Positions 58,701 to 64,000 of a DNA stretch of 64,000 nt are shown in pieces. How positions within the stretch are numbered: the first letter of the stretch is position 1; each line of letters opens with the position of its first letter. The DNA lies in the IMG/VR virus record IMGVR_UViG_3300037087_000757; one strand, given 5' to 3'. A program made the translations under genes and the position numbers. The stretch is from an uncultured virus (IMG/VR IMGVR_UViG_3300037087_000757). Taxonomy: Duplodnaviria; Heunggongvirae; Uroviricota; Caudoviricetes. The notes beneath the pieces were generated by a model. That model was given only the letters and a program-made list of their open reading frames with translations. It was not told the origin of the DNA and searched no databases.

Positions 58701-60186
58701 AAATTAAGATGGGATAGATGGAAGAAACCTCATCGTATTACTATAAAGACTCTTTTGAAAACCATTATGGAGAAAGAAAAGGCCGAACTTGAAGATACAA
58801 ATAAAAATTCAGATACAACCGTTTATCTTTTCTATTATTAGTATCCGTCCTTTCTATTAAAACAATTTGGTTTAATGAGAATAATGTAGCTTTCTTCAAA
58901 TATAAAGAACCAATTGTTTCTCTGAAATATAACAACAATGGAATATCTGGATCATTTATGCTTGGTTCTGGTAGTGTTGAATCCACAAGATATTATTATT
59001 TCATGAAATCCAATAACGATGGTTCTTACTCAGAAAGTAGGGTTATTGCACAAGATAGTAAAATATTCGAGGACGCGGATAGTCTTAATCAACCTTATGT
59101 TGTTAGAACATACATATATAAAGTATTTACATCATTGAAATATTTTATATTACCATCTTCGAAAGGTACAGTAAGTGTTGAGGGAACTGGATGTAGCTGT
59201 TCGGGTAATAATAAAGTGGAAATTCATGTACCAAAAGGTACTATTATTCAGGAATATCAAATTAAATTTTAACATGGTATTATAATGAAAGAAGATAGAG
59301 AATATATCAGATTAACTTGGCCAGATTATCAGTCATTGATGGAAGAACATAGTTCGGAATGGACTGAGGTTGCTTCTTTTGGTGGAACAGATGTACTTGT
59401 TCCGAAAAAATGGGTGATTGAACAAAGAGTAAAAATCAGAAAAGAAAAGAAATCCAAAATTGAGATAGAATTAAAAGAATATTTTAAGGGAACATACATA
59501 AAAGAATTCAGATTAAATGATTATACAAATATGATTGGTGAAGATTGTATTGAAATCTTTTCACTTGATCCCTATTTCGATGAAGATTATGATGGAAAAT
59601 TCGATGATGATATTGATAAAATTGGTGAGAAATATAATATTCCATTGAGTTTCGATAGTGGATCTTATGGAAAATAAAAATAAGCGAGAGAGATGAATAA
59701 AGAATTTACAAGAGGTTGTGATAAAGATATAAACAGAGAAGGCTGGGGAACAGTGATGATGATATTCACTCTGGCACTGGGTTTCTTCTTTTTTTATGTT
59801 CGTTTTTTTGAAAGAAAATATTATCTGAATAGAAAACTATTACTGTATCTATTAAGAAATAAAGAAATCACTCTTAAATATATTGGCCCTATTGGTAAAT
59901 CTTGGGATATTGATGAATACCAATTTGAGTATCATGATAAAACATATATAATTTGGCATTTTTACAAAAAAGGAGAATTCACCTTAGATTTGGGAGAATA
60001 CAAAACAACATTAAAAATGTTTTTTGGCAAAGAAGGTTTATCTGGATTATTTATTGGTGATTTTGTTGAATATTTTAGAGTTAAAAAGATATTAAAATAT
60101 TTTAAAAAAACAGATCAGACATTCAAAATTGATGACAATAAATTAAAAATTTGGTAATATCAATCTCTTTAATCAACTTCTAATTT

Positions 60187-60208
60187 GGGGCTAAATGCCC
60201 CTTTTTTT
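60187..60208 (+). terminator. Intrinsic terminator
   Basis: GGGGC-TAAAT-GCCCC followed by T7. Confidence 0.8.
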
Positions 60209-61374
60209 ATTTTAAACAAAGACAGGAAAAATGATTATATAAAATAAAAAGTTTATCCCGATGTCAGATGTTGAGATAAAATTGGAACAAGCCAGTAAAT
60301 TATTAAGTATGGGTAAGTTACCAGAGAAATCAGAGAACTTCATCAATTCACTTAAAAGAAAAAAGAATATCAGAAGATTGACAAAAAGACAATATGATTG
60401 GTTAAGTCAAATAGCTAATCAATACCATGAGGTTACTATTTTCAGGGGAATAAAAGAAGAATCCGAACCAGAACCAATAATTAAAAAATACGAGATTCAA
60501 CAATCAGAACCTAAATCAGATGATTGGTTTGATAATCTTTAAAAAATAAAAAACAGATATGAACGATTTATTAAAAAAACATTTTACCGAAGAAGAATTC
60601 AATACTATAAAAAATAATGGAAAGAAAACGGGTCTGGATCTTGGATATCTTTGTAAGGAATTAAGTAGGAAAAAAATTCCAAATGGATTTAAAAGAAATT
60701 ATCCCGGTGGACCAGATGAACAAGTATTTTCGGAAATTATTGAATCTGTCTATCTAATAAACTATTTTGACGGAGAAGAAAATTTTTGGAGAATTGAAAT
60801 TAGAGACGGACATGGAATGTCTGGTTATTCTGGAACATCTGGTGAGATCCCAAGATTTCAAGAAAATCCAAATATATTTTATGGATTTGGTGATGTATAT
60901 GGTGAATTAAAACCTTTTTCTGAAAGTAAGAGAAATAATAAAGCCATCAATAATCTAAAAATAACTGATCGATTAGAGAATAATTTTTTGGCTCCTGTAT
61001 TGATTTATTTAAGAGAACAAATTAGTGGGGGGTTATCGAGTACATCAGATGAAGAAAATAAATTTGTCGTAGAAATATGGAGATCTTGTTGTGTTGAAAG
61101 ACATAATAGTAATCATGCTGGTGATTTGATTATGACAGAAAAGGAAATATTAAATAATTATCTTTACAAAAAATAAATACAAAGTATGGAAGGTGTAGAA
61201 GTAAAAATATCTAAAACAACAAAAGCCAATACACCCTATGGATTTCATTATAAAGCCAAGGGAGCTTATGTTCAAGGAAAATATATAATTGTGGTGGGTG
61301 AATTGAAAGAGAATAATACTATCAGAATTAAATATCCTAAGGATGATGTGGAACTAAAATTTTTTTAAAACGAA

Positions 61375-62121
61375 TTATAAAATTTTTTCAGCATAATCGA
61401 AAAAATTTGAACCGTCTGGATTTAATTTTGGATTATTTCTTTTATCAAATTTATAAGCTTCTTTGAAATATAATTTACCATAGTTGGATATTGAAGTTCC
61501 ACATTTCATTATTTCAATTTTCCAATAATCAGAGAGGTATTTATTTAATTTCTTACCTATATCCGCGAAATCTGAGTAATTATCAGAGTCACTACATTTT
61601 TTGTATTGTAAAGGTGTTAAAATATTTTTACATTCATCGAGAAATCTTTTTATTTTATTTTCATTCCAGTTATTATATAAGTAAGAAATAGGTTCATTAG
61701 ATAGATAATTATCTAATATAAAATTCATTTTATCCTTGACTATTTTTGTACCATAATTAATAAATTGACCAACATAATCTTCATCTGGCATAACATCGGT
61801 AAATCTATTTTCATCAATAATAAATAAATATCCAAATTCACCAGCTTCCAGTAGAGGTTCAACATCCATTGAATATCCAACCATATTGGCACCAAGAATA
61901 TAAATAATAGATTCCTTTAAATTAGGAGTACAGTAAGTTCTCCCGACATCCGGTGTAATTTTACCGCCTTTTTTATCATTTTGATTCCCCGGTTTTAAAT
62001 AACCATCTTTCATTATTTTTTCACCTAATGTCGTAACGGAACATCCATGATAATAGGTAAACTTTATAGAAACAGTTTCAAAAAGTTTATAATTGGTAAT
62101 TAAGTATTTATTTTCATTCAT
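61375..62121 (-). CDS. His-type ART-like protein with CTS-like leader
   Basis: YLITNYKLFE; YYHGCS...IMKDGYLKP...TYCTPNLKESIIY...GYLFII; TTATATATA at 62156-62164 (minus); lone counter-oriented gene in the arm. Confidence 0.6.
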   Translation of the reverse strand: MNENKYLITNYKLFETVSIKFTYYHGCSVTTLGEKIMKDGYLKPGNQNDKKGGKITPDVGRTYCTPNLKESIIYILGANMVGYSMDVEPLLEAGEFGYLFIIDENRFTDVMPDEDYVGQFINYGTKIVKDKMNFILDNYLSNEPISYLYNNWNENKIKRFLDECKNILTPLQYKKCSDSDNYSDFADIGKKLNKYLSDYWKIEIMKCGTSISNYGKLYFKEAYKFDKRNNPKLNPDGSNFFDYAEKIL

Positions 62122-62227
62122 ATTTATTTAATTGATTCATTTTAATCATCATGTGTATATATAAATTTTTTTATAAAACTTTGTTAGAAAGTAGAACTAA
62201 ATATATGATAAAAATAATCACAAATGA

Positions 62228-63118
62228 ATGTATTATAAGAATGTAGATGACCTCACTCCAGTTGAATTATATGACGGAGTTTACTATAAGAGAGATGACC
62301 TATACAGACCTTTTGATCCAGAACCATTGAATGGTGGTAAGGTCAGACAATGTATAACCTTGATTCAATCTAATTTACAAAAAATAAAAACTGAACATAA
62401 TGGTGGGGTTGCTACTGAAACCAGTATAAATAGTCCTCAGGGAATTATTATTAGTCGAGTTTGTAAGGAATTTGGTTTGAAATGTATAATTGGAGTAGGC
62501 GGACAGGGAAAGAATGATAATAAAATTTGTGATGAAATAAGAAAAAACGGGGCCGAAATAATCACCCTTTCTAAAATGGCTTATAGTAATGTTCTACTTA
62601 GTAAGCTAAATGAATTAAACAAAAATTATAATTATTTTATTATCCAGTTCGGTATAAATGTAAGTGAGAGTACAGAAATCAGAGATTATATAGCTAATCA
62701 AGTGGCTAATATTCCAGATGAATTGGATAATCTGATCATTCCTACTGGTTCTGGAATATGTGCTGGTGCTATACTTTATGGTATAAAGAAATTCAATAAA
62801 AAAGTAAAGAATGTTTATGTGATTCAAATAGCTGGATACGACAGAACAGATACCATAAATGAAATTTGTAGTGATGTACCTTATATCTTTCTACCTTATA
62901 ATGTATTTCCATATTCAAAGAAATTAAAGATATTTATAAGACCTGATTTTCAATTAGATACTGTTTATGAAGCTAAAGGTTATCATTGGATGAAAAATTT
63001 CCCACACTTTGATGGTGATTATAAATGGGGTAAAATAAAAAAACCAGATCTTTCTCTTTTATCCCTTCAAGGAAAAACTTTATTCTGGTGTGTGGGGGAT
63101 GCGTCGATGTATCGTTAA
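62228..63118 (+). CDS. PLP-dependent enzyme, fold type II (ACC deaminase/D-cysteine desulfhydrase-like)
   Basis: LTPVE...YYKRDDL...GGKVR (PLP lysine), IIPTGSGI phosphate loop, LDTVYEAK. Confidence 0.85.
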   Translation: MYYKNVDDLTPVELYDGVYYKRDDLYRPFDPEPLNGGKVRQCITLIQSNLQKIKTEHNGGVATETSINSPQGIIISRVCKEFGLKCIIGVGGQGKNDNKICDEIRKNGAEIITLSKMAYSNVLLSKLNELNKNYNYFIIQFGINVSESTEIRDYIANQVANIPDELDNLIIPTGSGICAGAILYGIKKFNKKVKNVYVIQIAGYDRTDTINEICSDVPYIFLPYNVFPYSKKLKIFIRPDFQLDTVYEAKGYHWMKNFPHFDGDYKWGKIKKPDLSLLSLQGKTLFWCVGDASMYR

Positions 63119-63148
63119 ACTTTTTGATTCTGATATAATATAATCATC

Positions 63149-63442
63149 ATGAAAAAAGATCTTTTTTATAAAGACGCTAGTGTAATAAGAAAAGCTCGAG
63201 AAATGACTGAGAAATTAGAATTCAATGATAAATTTCTCAATACAGTTTCGGTTATTATTGATGATTTTATAATACCAACTTGTGATGAACCAGATTTGAA
63301 TTTTTGGAGAAATGTTAAATTGGAAGTTACAAATTTATATGAAGAATTAATAAACAAAGATAGGTTTGATAAGTTAAATGAAATATTAGACCAACCAATA
63401 AAAAATAATGTATTAATTGATGATGAAATTATTAAGGACTAA
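63149..63442 (+). CDS. Hypothetical protein
   Basis: ORF preceded by class II promoter AAACTT-N15-ATATAA at 63117-63143. Confidence 0.65.
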   Translation: MKKDLFYKDASVIRKAREMTEKLEFNDKFLNTVSVIIDDFIIPTCDEPDLNFWRNVKLEVTNLYEELINKDRFDKLNEILDQPIKNNVLIDDEIIKD

Positions 63443-64000
63443 GTATAATGATTATGATTTAAGTGACTTACCAAATCCATTTTTTCAGGATTTAAGAGAA
63501 ATGTCAGAAAATGATTTGAATGATGTAGCTGAACAAATTAGATTAGGATTATTAAAGAAGTGGCAAACCAACAAACAACCATTGGGTGGTGGTAAAAAAA
63601 CTGATGAAAAAATTATAAAAGATTTCAGAGAGTTATCAAAGTTTAATGATGATCTTACACTGGTATGTGATGATGAAGGGAATAGAAATATAGTTAAATT
63701 CTTTGGAAAACAACCATCAGGTATTAATCAGTATTTTCCTGAAATGTTGGATACACCAATCTCACTTGGTAATAAGTCTGTAAGTGTTATGGATGTTATC
63801 AAGACAACAGATGTTTTCCAAAAGTTTTTCTATTCAGTTGTCTTTAAGGATAGAATGTATAGTTTTACAATGTGGTATAATAAAGAATTCATTTCACAGG
63901 AAACTTGGGATTTATTAGGTGATAAAATACCAATCCAATTGGATGATGTTAAGAAATCCGAATATGGTTATAAATTACCTTTCTTTTTCAAAAAAGGAAT
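63420..64000 (+). CDS. Large ORF running off the window end; function not determinable
   Basis: Open frame MMKLLRTKYNDYDLSDLPNPFF...SGINQYFPEML... with no stop before 64000. Confidence 0.6.
   Translation, partial: MMKLLRTKYNDYDLSDLPNPFFQDLREMSENDLNDVAEQIRLGLLKKWQTNKQPLGGGKKTDEKIIKDFRELSKFNDDLTLVCDDEGNRNIVKFFGKQPSGINQYFPEMLDTPISLGNKSVSVMDVIKTTDVFQKFFYSVVFKDRMYSFTMWYNKEFISQETWDLLGDKIPIQLDDVKKSEYGYKLPFFFKKG

Larger units (their letters stand above)
37610..61368 (+). other. Long co-oriented arm of more than 70 small hypothetical (early/accessory-type) genes
   Basis: Continuous plus-strand ORFs with short gaps or ATGA overlaps; many membrane and Cys-rich peptides; class I promoter at 38941-38971, class II at 37571-37597. 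Confidence 0.8.

Noticed and set aside
1..64000. Alternative genetic code (TAG or TGA recoding) as seen in some large phages
   Set aside because: Standard-code ORFs tile the window densely and recognisable enzymes are full length; TAG and TGA terminate genes at sensible boundaries

Overview
A 64 kb, very AT-rich, gene-dense segment of a large (jumbo-like) dsDNA phage genome. The host is probably in Bacteroidota: promoters resemble the TAnnTTTG -7 element, Shine-Dalgarno sites are not evident, and the lipoproteins are of the SC-KK type. No capsid, terminase, polymerase, tRNA, rRNA or CRISPR array was recognised. Two arms of small hypothetical genes diverge (mostly minus strand left of about 25 kb, plus strand right of about 37.6 kb) from a central region. 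That region holds a GC-rich repeat/hairpin island (about 28.34-28.60 kb) at an apparent GC-skew switch, flanked by two outward-facing pairs of a CCGGA-N3-AAGTCA motif. The main discovery is a dispersed family of about 20 otherwise unrelated proteins. They share a short leader resembling the T4 internal-protein capsid-targeting sequence (e.g. MKTFEQFISE vs T4 MKTYQEFIAE), and nearly every such gene or operon sits behind a T(A/T)ATATATA promoter-like motif. Their cargo includes several ADP-ribosyltransferase-like domains (one apparently circularly permuted), a 2H phosphoesterase of Acb1/gp57B type and a SprT protease. Four genes carry the leader internally, suggesting polyproteins. This points to a virion-packaged, injected effector arsenal. 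ADP-ribose erasers (macrodomain, NADAR), an adenine methyltransferase, a ZIP transporter, a papain-like protease and a PLP enzyme are also present. All assignments come from motif reading by eye; no database searches or computations were run.
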